From Tubiluchus corallicola (Eukaryota; Animalia; Priapulida): DNA of 64,000 bases. The translations under genes and the position numbers were made by a program. Where the stretch lies: contig JAQGDQ010000010.1 in the NCBI GenBank assembly GCA_030141605.1, positions 1,178,001 through 1,242,000 on the forward strand. Reading direction: 5' to 3'. Positions 35,536 through 47,900 of the stretch are shown here, piece by piece (position 1 is the first letter of the stretch; each line of letters opens with the position of its first letter). The notes beneath the pieces are model-generated. The model was not told where the DNA came from. It ran no database searches and was given only the letters and a program-made list of their open reading frames with translations.

Positions 35536-38500
35536 ATGGCAGAATCCGTACTGACTATGTATCATTACCTGTTGGATACCTCAGGTAAATAGACATAGGT
35601 TAAATAAATTTTTGTGGCATTAACTGTGTTCAACAAGTAGATGTGTTCTTAGACTGTGCACTGTGTTGACATTCATCCTGCATTTTTAATTTTATGTAAA
35701 TTGTTTTATCTAAATTATAGTCATTTTGTAGTCTGTTGCAACATTAATAGTAGGCCCTGCAATTGAAAAAGGAATAGATTCTGGCTTCCAGTACACCGAA
35801 CTGTACAAACTGTAAAAGTATATCTAATTTTTAAAGATCCAAGAACAAGAACCTGGTTGCTGTGTGGCTCCATAGTACCGTGCATTATTCTGACTCTCCT
35901 GTATTTGGGATTTGTTGCGCTGGGACCACGATGGATGAAGTCGAGACAACCTTACTCCTTGACTAATTTAATGATTGTCTATAACCTCTCACTAGTAGCG
36001 CTGTCTTTGTATATGTTCATTGAGGTATGTTTAAACTAATGTGGAGCCCTATTTTAATGCCGTATTTTAATATTTTGAGTGTTGTGTTAGTTATAGTTAT
36101 TACTGTTGTGATTGAGATAGGAAAGTATTTGCAAACAAGTTTGAGTGGATAAAGATTTTTGTGCTGCACTCTTGAAAACTAAGCTACATATGTTGCTTGC
36201 ATCTACAACTAAGCTTCCTGATGAACAATACTATGCCAACAAAATTGGTGACAGTGTTTGGTAGCTCAATGTCACCCTGCTTGAAGCAGCAGATACTATT
36301 TCTAAAGTTTTTATATGCCCAGCTGCTGACTTGAAATCATAGTCTTGTGCATGGCAAGTGGAGAGTGAGGATGAAAGTGGAGCTGTCCTTGCCGTTAATA
36401 GTAATTTCTACTTTGGGCAAATCAGTGTTAGTGTCCAATTGAAGTAATGAAAGTTGAATTTCTGCAAAGTCTTGTTATTTTTGTTAGCCTCTAAATGTAC
36501 TTGTTATTGCTTTTCATGGTACCGCGTGGTATCTGCAGGATTTTCATGGAGCAGAGCAGGATGACGTTTAAGTGTGAGCCAACTTTAGTATGACGAGCTT
36601 TGCAGTTTTGACATCAGTATTGTTATTCTCTGTACTTAATTATTTATAATTTTTTATTTGCAGATTCTCTTTGGAGCAATTGAAGCTGGATATGGCCTTG
36701 GTTGTGTACCATATGCGGTTCATCCAAGTGAAGCCAGGGTAATGGTCTTTCACTTGTTATTCAAATTACGTCCATTAAATTTGTGTATTAAGTTAAACAA
36801 AAAGGAATGAAAAACACAGAAAAGTAAGTAGCATTTTTCTGTTGAGAGACTATCAAAAAACATAAAAATGTATGTTCATCTTCTGTTTCCTATTTATGAT
36901 CTCAAGGAAGTATTGTATTATATTCCATGATAAGGTAATGCTTGTAGAGAAAACAAAATGAATGTACAAAAAGTGCCTTTCGGAATGTCTAGAGAAACAT
37001 TACCCATGATTTTATTTAGCTGTGCTAAAATTTATTTAGTGTTAAGCTTAAGAAAATGAATGGCCTACTGTTTTGTTCGTTAGTAACAGTTAAATACTTT
37101 GGATGTTTTTAGCTGGTTAACGCCCTCTGGTGGTACTATTTCTCAAAGGTTGTAGAATTCCTAGACACCGTCTTCATGGTCATGCGGAAGAAAAACTCAC
37201 AAATAACATTCCTGCATGTTTATCATCATTCTTCTATGTTTGTCATCTGGTACTTTGTGATCAAGGTTGCTCCTCAGGGTTTAGGTAAGTTTTTTGATGA
37301 TGTCGTGCATATAAAATCTTTGTTTCAATTGAAATGCTCCATATGTAGTTCAAGTGGTTCTAGCATGTCACTTTTTAATGCAATTGCAATTTTTAATGTC
37401 GTTCTTGAGGCAAGTATGGTTGTAGGTTTAGAGGTGATTTGCTGGTGGTGAAGTCATAAAGTCTATAGAAAGGAGACATGAGAGAAAAATGAACTTGTAA
37501 TGATGTTCTGTATCTAGTGTGACTAAGGCCCTAGGTAAAAATGTGAGAAGCCATAGCTTCCTGCAAATTTTCAGCATTTCGGAGCCAATGATGAGAGGTC
37601 TAATGGACATTTTTCTATTAAAATAGTGGTAAAAGCAGCTTAATGTGCATGTGCAAAAAGGTTTGATGAGCAAGGAAGTCAACATGATTTTCTAATCTGT
37701 TAAGTGTCTTAACAAGGTAAGGATTTCTATAATTAAAAGTTAGAACCTAAGGCACCAGCTCAGATGTTGTGTTATTTTGTATTATTTTCAGCTTTTTGAG
37801 ACCTCTTACAAAACATGGGCTCAAAAAAGCTGGAAATAATATCATTAAAATAATAACATTTTTGCGTTATTTTCAGCTTTTTTTGGACCTTTACTAAACT
37901 CCGGTGTTCATGTGTGGATGTACTTGTACTATGGACTTGCCTTATTTCCATCATTACGAAGCCATCTTTGGTGGAAGCGATACCTCACAACTGCACAAAT
38001 GGTAAATTTTCTTTTTTTTTGTTAGTTTCACAAGCAGTAACATTGTCTCTTTTTACTTTTTAATTAGCAATGCCGATTGTTAAGCTATGTTTGTTTTTAA
38101 CCATGGGATCACGTGAGCAAGGTTTGTATTTAGTCATCATCATATGCCCATTACCTCTATTTTTTGTATTTTTGATTACTTTGTTTATGTAAATAGTAAT
38201 AAATTTAAAACAGTTTTTTGTTGCTTTTAAATTCGATATCTAAGCATTCTGTTCACCTAAATGCAAGAAATTGCTATCACTCTTTTTCTTTTTTATAGGT
38301 ACAGTTTGTTCTAACACTTCTGCACGTGTCTTATGCCATGGTGATCAAATGTGACTACCCGTTCTCTATAGCACTGACCGAGTTCTTATATATGATATCG
38401 ATGCTCGTTTTGTTTAGCAATTTCTACAGACAAAGTTATGCCAGTTCACGAACAAAGATGCTTTCGGACAAAAAGAAGGAAGATAGTAGTAATGGTATTT

Positions 38501-38550
38501 TTGTACCAAATGGACCTTTGCAGGGGCAGGGAGATAGCAAACTAGAATAA
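35536..38550 (+). CDS. ELOVL: Elongation of very long chain fatty acids protein (ELOVL4/7-like), ~286 aa (exons 35536-35584, 35837-36024, 36664-36738, 37113-37284, 37877-38001, 38299-38550)
   Basis: [17 protein letters not shown] (KxxExxDT), HVYHH histidine box, [12 protein letters not shown] and TTAQMVQF. GT-AG introns, total 861 nt in frame. Paralog identity uncertain. Confidence 0.93.
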
Positions 38551-41500
38551 ATTTTTCATGTTGTTATAAACCTAGATAATATTGATTGTGTGTGATTTAA
38601 CATTGTGATAGGAACCAGCACTATTGTTCTTCTTGTGCACTCTGTTATGACAGGAAAAGAAAAATTTTATTTTTTTGTTGGGAAATTTAAATTTAGTTTT
38701 GATTTTTTCATATTGCCATTTTTATAGTTGTGTGTGTATATGCGTTGTTACCGGTATAATGTTACCTGTGTAAGTGCAATTTTTGCTTGCATTTAATTTT
38801 AAACTCGTTTGACATGTGGTTACTAGTAAATTAAAAACTGGAGGAGGTTTTTTTATAGTAGTCTAGGCTCACTAGACACAACAAGTAGTTACTGAGGTCT
38901 AATAATAGATAATAGTAAAATATTAGATTCCAGGCTTAGGATGTGTGATGTGTCATTCTTGTATTATAAGTATTTTCTAGAATTAACTAAGGCTTTCAGT
39001 TAAAATGTCATAGTTAATTAAGCTGTTTCAGATAGATTATAGGCATTTAAATTGCGTGATAATGTTATTTATATTATCAATAAAAAGTTTTTGATAACAA
39101 GAAAAAAGTTACGTTAGATACCTCTAGATAAGTTACAATCTTGCTTTGGTTAATTTGAGCTTAGTTTATATTATTGCCTTAAGTTCTCTCCTATAATGAG
39201 CTTACGAACCGTCTAATTGTGTTACAGTAATTTTTGTTAATTATTGTCATTATTATGTTACATCATTATCATTTTATTATTATCATTTGGAAGAGTACGA
39301 AGTATTATGATGGGCCCATCCTTTTTTCAAATAGCCGCTCCCTTGCCATAAATCACATAGTCTTAATGGCACCCAGCACCAAAAGAGTCACCTCCTTTTT
39401 TTAAACGATCTGTCAATGATTTTTAATTGATCGTAAATCAAAGAGTATTTCGGGTTCCTGTTTTTCCAGACAAGAATATTGTTAGGTTGGACAAACATCT
39501 ATGATTTTCAACTGAAGAGAAAAAACTTATTAAAGCAAGTATAGAAAACCCAGTTTATCCGTGATTACTAATCTATCATCTACATTGGAAAAAGTTGTGT
39601 AAAATTTTGAAGTGTCACAAAAACTAGAGCTCCCCCCAAATAGGCAGGCTTTGAAAAGAATAATGTCTAAAAATGGAAGCATCCATTGTGTAAATTGGAA
39701 AGCATCCACTCTCTCCTAAATTGTCAGCAGGCGAGGGGAATAGCTGTGCAATGCTGATTCTGGTCGGTAATTGGATGATCGACTTGCCATGAAAATTGCT
39801 TCTGGGTGGCTTCATCTGCTGTACTGCCCGAGCTATTTGCCTTGTTAATAGATGTATATGCATCTGAAATTTTGAATGCACGTGATGGCTAATACACCTT
39901 TCCCAATATAGGGTTTTTTATCGTTGAGATATATCCGTCATTATGAAAAAGTTTCATTAAGCGGCAAATTTTAAGCCTGGGGTTGGCTCATGTTTTGCAG
40001 AGTGCTAAGCTGTACAAAAAGGCAACCAGAGACAAAGATTGTAATCGGGTCACGTGAGTAATTGGTAGTCAACAAATAGAACCAGAAAGTTCTGAAATGC
40101 CCAAAATTTTTACTGTGATTCTAAAATGGGTTCGCATTCCTGTATGTGCATAATTATTATTTGGCTAGTATTACAAAAACTGTAGTCTTTGCTTGTTAAC
40201 TGAAAGTGGTGATCTATATTCACTTGTTACAATGTATAACATTAATGTTGAACGTTGACATCATTTGTATTACTTGTTTGCATTGATACTAGTGCTATTT
40301 TGGAGCCATCCAATTTTATATACCAATTTATAATAATGTATTTTAGATGTTTGTTGTCAGTTTTTATTCCCTTTAGTAAATTTTGTAATGACATGAATGC
40401 ATTTATCCAACAGTAGCTACTGTTGAAAGTCCTATCGGGTATGTGTGTAATACTGAAAGTGGTATTATTACCCTGTTCATACCAAAATGGGATATCTTGA
40501 TTACAAAAGAATTGTTCTATACATTTTGTACTTTATCTCGGATACCACACACAACCAATGCTACAGGGTTTGTGCAAACCAAGTTTGGTATTTATACAAA
40601 CAACCACTTCTGGTCAATGATGTTAATTTGTCCTTATCGTGCAATGTTATATTGGAAGTGCAGTATTCTCTATATAATGTTATGGCGGTTTTGAGATACC
40701 AACATAATATTTGTTTGCAGCCTTACTAGGCCTTCAGTCACATAAATTATCTTTAGGAAGTTAGGGGCCAAAATCGAAAAGTAATTATGTAGTCCAATGA
40801 TTGTGTTGACTAACTGCTATTACTATGCGATGTCTTAGAATATTTGCTATTGGTATATTGTGGCTGATAATCTGAAGTATATCATTAAAATGATTCTGAA
40901 TTTTGAAATCAGTTCAAATTGAAAGGTCATGGTGTGCAAAGAATGAACCTAGTGTTACCGCCTATAATGATTACGTGCTAGTTTGCAGCAAATGGATTTG
41001 TCAAAACTTTAAATCTATAAACTCGTTGGTAACAGGGCTTTGACTGCAATAACCTTCACCTACTTCAATTTTTGGACTATCTGTAGGCCTATTTTGAATT
41101 TTGGGATTTTATCAGTGCTACCTTGTTTCAAATTATTTCAGCTTTTTGAAAAGAACTGAGTGCGTGTCAGGAAAATGCCATGTATAAATAAAATAATCTA
41201 AAGGAAAAACTTGCAGGCACTTTGACACACACACATCTTGTATGTGTGTATAGTGGTTGACATTAGGGAATAACAGTGATTGTAATTCCTATCTATTCTG
41301 AATTTATGAGTGTGGGCATAATATTTCAGACTATCTAATACTGATTCAGTTGTCTGTTACAGTTATTAATGATAAATCTTAATAAAATGCATTAATGTTA
41401 CAGCTCCAGAGTTTTCATGATCAATTTTCTGTTGTTGCTGTGTTACGTGAACATTTTGCAACATTCGTATCAGTAAATTATATTCATTGTTGTATGACCG

Positions 41501-41889
41501 AGATATTTTTGAACCATTAACGCAATAACCACTGAGTTTTCAAGAAGTTTAAATGTCTATGCTAGCACTGTGATAATCAGCATCACGGTATTTTCTTGCA
41601 CAATTAAACCTAAAATGCAAGCATTATTTTTATTTTGATATTGAAACACCACTATTTATTATTATTATTATTATCATCATCATCATCATCATAATCATTA
41701 TTATTGTTATTAAAAATTTTATATAATTTTATTGCCATTTTAGTCTAATCTGATTTTCTGCGTGTGGTTAATTTCTATGCATATTACTGCATGATGTAGA
41801 CATCACGATGTTTTTCAAATGTGCAATAAGGTAGTATTACTCTGTGATTTATCAATAATAATAATAATAGTATCAATAATAAACAATCA

Positions 41890-43000
41890 CTTTATTTCAC
41901 TCCAGAAATACGTATACAATACAATGTAATGAGAAAAATAAACAACACTAGGTAAAAAAAATCATTGTTGAAAACAAATTAACCCAATCAATGAACTGCT
42001 GCATGAACCCTTGAAAACAATGATGGAATGGAAAAATAGTAAGATTAGGGCTAGGAAGGGAGGGGAGGAAACGACCACAGTGTATGTTTTAAATTACGTA
42101 GATCTATTTTCAAAATAGTATAATAGAAAACTAATTATAATGGGAAACCAGCAATGCGACTGCATGAGACATGGAAGCATATCGATCATATTACAAGTAT
42201 GGACCAAGGATGGTTCCTTTCAAGTACTTCTTGAAACTATTGATAGTTTTGTGTATTTTTGCTTGGGCACTTATCGTATTTCACTTGCTTGGATCTGTGA
42301 ATTTAATAAAGTGTCTGGTACTATTTGTATGATATTAAGGGACACGATATTCGTTGAACCTTGTAAAATGATATTTTAGAATTCGCAGTAATTGCATTTG
42401 TAAAAAACTGGGAAACAAGTCATAGTATGTCTTCTTTCCCAGTATGTCTATATAACATATAGACAGACAAGTCGTATGTAATCAAGTCTTCAAGAATTAA
42501 TATGCCACATTCATTAAATAAAGACGTACCAGTGGTATGTTTAGATAAAATTGTTTAGTATTCTTACAAACTTTCTTTGACGACTAGATAAACTTATTAA
42601 ATTGGATGGATAGATGTACCCTATATAACGCAGCAATAAGTTAGGTATGATAACACCACGTAACTTGTCAAATCTTCAATTTAAAAAACACTCAAAAGGT
42701 AATTACCACAGTTCGTTCCCTTTTAATCTGTCATTTACTGCCATTTGGAAGGTTCATGCTGTTAAAGAAATGTGTATCTGTGTTGACTTTGCCTAGATAT
42801 TCAATATTATCATTGGTTAGGTCACTGTTATTGTCAAATAAACTTAACTTAAAGGCATCATAGTCGATTATCAATACTTACATACCTGGAGGCTAAAAAA
42901 ATCTTTATCACAAAGAATCTTATCGAAAGGAAATGTATCTGCTAAGCAGTTATGGCTGAACCAAGCAACACTAACTATCATTAGATAATTTAGTGTAATC
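41890..43000 (-). mobile_element. Highly degraded L2/CR1-group LINE 3' fragment
   Basis: Minus-strand remnants resemble WF..N.L, YLTYCCVI*G and RQRKFVRIL (YLxYCxxVWG...LQKKxVRII), followed by a T-rich 3' UTR ending in AAATAAA. Confidence 0.5.
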
Positions 43001-43651
43001 AGATATTAAACGAGAACTTTAAGATGAATCTATGACTTCCAGCCGACACAATATATCCCGTATTGATTAGATTTGACGGGTTTAATTGAAGTAAGAAGAA
43101 CAAGGAGAATAAATGGTCATAAATGAGACTAAAGTAAAGAAAACAAACAACAACAATAACAAACTAAGAACAACAACAACAAATCTCAAGATGATGTACA
43201 TAGAGTAAGAATTAACACTGTCAAATTTAACGGACAGAGGGAAATTACAGGCTATAATGGTCTTGTGAAAATGTAAAGTAAGTATAATAGATCATGAATA
43301 GGTCGTGTTTGTCATGTCAAATTTTAGATTTTAAATATCTAGTTTTAATCGAATTTAAATGTTAATAATTTGATAAAGTGTGAATACAGAATTATTGGCT
43401 GTAAAATGTCAATTTAACAAAACCTCAAAGATCAAGTTTATTAATCATGTACAGCAAAACAAACTGTGAAATTACCAATTTCGGTACAGTGTGCTACAAT
43501 GGAATTTACAACCAGAAAATAGGCTTGTACAACAGTTTGTGCAACAAAAAGGCTTCTAGATCACCAATACCAGATTGCTGTGGCAACCTTCGTTACTCTG
43601 CCTGACTTTGATTAATTTAATAGTTAAACTCTAACTTACGGACTTTATAAT

Positions 43652-44185
43652 TGTAATGTTGAGCGGATGGTGCTGATCATGTCATAAAACAATGTTAGAG
43701 AAACGAAAGAAACAGAGCCCTACAGAAGTACGAAACCCCTGACAGGAGAAATACCATTCAAAAACATTGCTCCACTACTGAAAAAGTCTACTGCAGCCGA
43801 CGCTGTCACAGCTTACAGTAGCATAGTTGCTGCTAAGTCGAGGGGACCACGAGCTCCAAGACAAACGCCAACGACTGATACGTGTTGACTACATTTCCAT
43901 GGGGCAGACGGCACAAGTACCTCCAGGGTAGCTCCAGGCCAATGCTAACGACATCAGGCAGAGAGAAAGAAAGAAATCCGGTGTATTTCCCGCAGACTTA
44001 GTGCGGCTTGATGGTCCATCTTCTGAAACTCGCTATCATTGTGCTGCTGTCGCTGACGAGGTCGAAGGTTTGAGCCCACTGGAGGTGGCTTCGGACTAAC
44101 AACTCCACCCCCCCCCAACTGCATGGCCAACAGTGTAATGTTGAGCAGATGGTAATGACCATGTTATAAAGCAATGTTAGAGAAG
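43652..44185. repeat. ~50-bp imperfect direct repeat (43652 and 44134) around a GC-richer, LTR-like segment
   Basis: TGTAATGTTGAGCGGATGGTGCTGATCATGTCATAAAACAATGTTAGAGAA versus TGTAATGTTGAGCAGATGGTAATGACCATGTTATAAAGCAATGTTAGAGAA. Confidence 0.7.
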
Positions 44186-44659
44186 TGAAAGATTGCTTTT
44201 ATCTGTGTCTTGCTAGACTTGCTAGAGTCCTCCGTGCTCCATGCCAGTTCTACGGAACATGTGCTGAGATGTTAAACGCACCTGCCCTTCAGCCCACTGA
44301 ACCGGTGACGCCATACCAACTACGCTTATTGCTGCTATGCAATGCTGATATGCAGTGGCTTCGTAGTGGATCTACCTTCAGACATAATAATGTTTGTGAT
44401 TAACATATTCAAGTTGTCATCAAACTAGCCGTCTTTTTGTGTTTTATATTTGCGTACCATGTGCAATGAGATATAAGATAGGGGTTCAGTGATGAGGGAA
44501 AAATAACAACAGAATCTGAATTATGGGTGCCATTATGGTGGTGGGTTCCGCTTCTAAACCAGTTGGCAGCAGAACTGACTGTTATTTAAATTCAGTTATT
44601 ATTTAGTCGGATAAAAAGTTTTTTTTCTGTTAAATGTTGTGGTTTCAACGGCAGTTATA

Positions 44660-44760
44660 ATAAACATCCATCACACCCGAGCGGCGGCCGGCAGGTTTGC
44701 CCTCACTGCTCTGCTACTGATTCATCGAGCGGAGCGTGAAAGTGGCTACTATAAATTATA
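44660..44760 (+). promoter_or_regulatory. Candidate CpG-rich promoter/5' end of TBC1D25
   Basis: Local CpG cluster (CCCGAGCGGCGGCCGGC...GAGCGGAGCG) about 250 bp upstream of the first coding exon, in otherwise AT-rich DNA. Confidence 0.4.
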
Positions 44761-44966
44761 GCAATATGAAACCAGCTTCGTTTTATTTCAACTTTCAATA
44801 TTTTGCAAACTACATTTCAACGTCGATGTTATGCCAAACGGTTTTGCGTGATCTAGCAAGTTGCGAAACTGTCAATTTTGTGAAAAGAATCAGAAAAAAG
44901 TTAGAGATAAGTTTATTGTAAACGACTTGAAGCTATTGTAGCTGGTGTGAATATACTTCAAGTGGA

Positions 44967-47900
44967 ATGGCATATTTGTTTGATATGCAAAGCCGCGAAG
45001 CTGTCAGGGTGAAAGTTAAGGTACTGCCCTTACATCTAGAACTAAGCCTATGGTGCTAGTAAACAACTGATTCCAATATAGGGCAACTTCAACTTGAATA
45101 CTGCGATCCGGTATCGACTAGTCGATTACGAGTTATGGCGCGACATAATGCGCATATGCACGATTATTAATTATAAGAGATTTATTGAGACTAACTGGCT
45201 TTCTGCTTTTTAATAACGAGATATTATTATTAATCTGCAATGAAACAATGCAATTTAAGCATTACAATTTTGCATGTTGCTTTGTCACTATATTTAATAT
45301 TTCAGTTTAAGCTAGTTTAGATAGTGGAAGGGTAAGTAGCAGACATGCTAATCTCTGGATTATGGATTATGGAAATGTTTGATTTGCCCCAATTTAGAAC
45401 TCAGTACAGTACCAGTAGTATATGATGCTGCTCAAAATGACATTGCAACCACTGTCATGGCAGCCTGATGTCAAGTGTGACATGATTTTGAAAAGGTGTT
45501 GCATCACAATTACAAATTTATATACAGGAGGACTCATATTATCATTAACCAGGCGAAAATTTAACGCTGATCCTGTTTAAGGCTCCGGCATCCTGAAGAC
45601 CGGAATTCAACTGTACACCAATCCCCATGTGCCTGTTAAACTAAGCTTGCCGTATGTCTCCTGTATTAATTCCAAGTAACGATGGCCCGTTGAGACATTT
45701 GCAGTACACTTTAAATTAATCTGGCAAAAATACAAAAGAAGCCAAATAAAAAACAAGTAAGGTCGAATAATAAGCATGTGGTTAGTAGTTCAATGTTTTT
45801 GTATGCAAACCTCAATATAGGTTAGTTTTTGCTCGTTATTAACTCTGTTGTACAGTAGGCGCCGCGTAATAGACTCACTTTGGGACTGAAGTGTTTTGAC
45901 CCAATTAACGACTGAACCTATTAACCGATGGGTGTGTCACCAGCTTACCCACTGCAAAGATTTTTAATGAATTTTAGAAACAAAGTAATGCCTAAATTCC
46001 TTTTTGCAATTAAAAATTAGAAAAAATTTTTAAAATATTAATTTGTATAAGTGAATTAGCAATAAATTAAAAAGTATACTTTTCTAAATCACGCAAGTCT
46101 GTTTATTCGCAAAAATAATGGAAATGCGCCCAAGGTCAGCTGATTCATTTTTTGTGATAAGTTGGGTCAGAATGTATTCATAATGATAAAAACGTTTGAA
46201 ACTGTTGTTGTATTATACACAAATACGTGGTTGAACTGTTGGTGGGGACCGTATTTCCCCTCATGAGGCTTCGTCTGTAAGCTCCAGCTTGCTATTGTGA
46301 TGTACTGTACCTGCATCCCTGGCATAACAGCAATGGCAAACTGATTAAACTTTCTGGGAAAGACAGTCAGAGCTTCTAAAGCAAACTGCTAGGCAAGTGA
46401 TTAAATCTTTAGCTTCCATGAAAATCTTGGGTAACAAGGTCAATTACAGATGGGCAGGTCAAAGCAAACCATTCCTGCTTACACACAAAACGGTACTTAA
46501 CATGATTGCTTCTATGTATATTATAGGACAAAACCGAACTAAGATGATGTAAAAGTCATAAAAGCTTGTTAGTCGCAGGAAAGTGTCTTATTGAAGCATG
46601 TAAATCAAAAATATTGAGTCAATTATGCAGAGTTATTTGAGTCAATTACCAACAGTTTTTGTGCTCATTTGAATAGAAGCGGCCTGTACCAGGTGCTTTT
46701 GAGTCAATTAACCGATTGAGTCTATTAACTGTGAGTCTGTTAAGCAGCTCCTGCTGTATTACTATTATGAAGCATCTTCTGTAGTAAAATGTCAAATTAT
46801 ATTTGCATTATTATAATAATTAGTATTGTTAAAAAAGCACTGGCTTTTTTTATTCATTATGTCTTGACTTTCAAATGCAAAGTTCTGCTTTGGCATATTT
46901 TTGGTTGTTTTGCTTTGGATGTTTTAGCTGTTTACATCCACAGACTGGCCTGTAATTCCAAATTTTACTGAAACATGGTGGCATTCAGATAAAGTACAAA
47001 TTTTCATGAAAAAAAGTGGGGACAGCAAAACTTTTTGATTTTTTGGCACTTGTCCCCATTTCCGGCATAAAAAATTCAAAATCTGTATCTTGTTAACATA
47101 ACTATTAACTTAGCTAAAAATTCCATTGATTATAAATAACAGCCATTATCGTATTTGTAATAGGTTTAATAAATTGGTTTATTAGTTAAAATGTCTAGAA
47201 CTAAAAGTGTAATATTTTGGATTTGTTGTGTAATAAATACTAACCTGGAAATACAGATGGTGTTTCTGCTTGGTGGCAATCTCTCACTTACCTAGATTAA
47301 GTTAACTAATAAGTTTACCATGGCAGCATATCTTTGACAGCAATTTGTTAGTACAAGGTGGTACTCCGTTAATGGATAATGAGCAGTAGCTGTCAAAAAT
47401 ATTGAATACGTAGCAACAACAGAGTTTCTTTATACAGGTTTTTCTTGCAGATGTGAATGAGCTTCAGTTTAGATCTGCAGGATGCTATTTTGTTTGAAAT
47501 ATATGATTTTGAATTGGAAAACATACTCAAATTTACATTTTACTATAATGTGTAATATAAGTATATAGTTGTTTAATGTATTGCTTTCAGAAATGTGAAG
47601 GCATGTTGCAGCCAGAGTGTAAGAAGTTTAGTGTTGATCCTCAAATAACGTCTTTTGAGGTACTTCAGAGTTTGTTAATGAGGGCTTTTTCTATTACTGG
47701 GTAAGTCAGATAGTTTTGTATTTTTATTACCGACAATCACTTTTGGCAGATGCACACTAAGTGTCAATATGTATAAAAGAATATTCAAAAGCAAATTTGA
47801 CAAAATGTTCATTTAGTCAAACAAGCATCTTTTTGACAATTTTTTAATACTATACATTGTTCAGGATGTTTAGTGAAGATTTCAGAATCCTGTGACCAAT

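Noticed and set aside
44005-44075. Hammerhead-ribozyme-like words (CTGACGAG, TGAAAC)
   Set aside because: The core elements are not in the required order with supporting stems.
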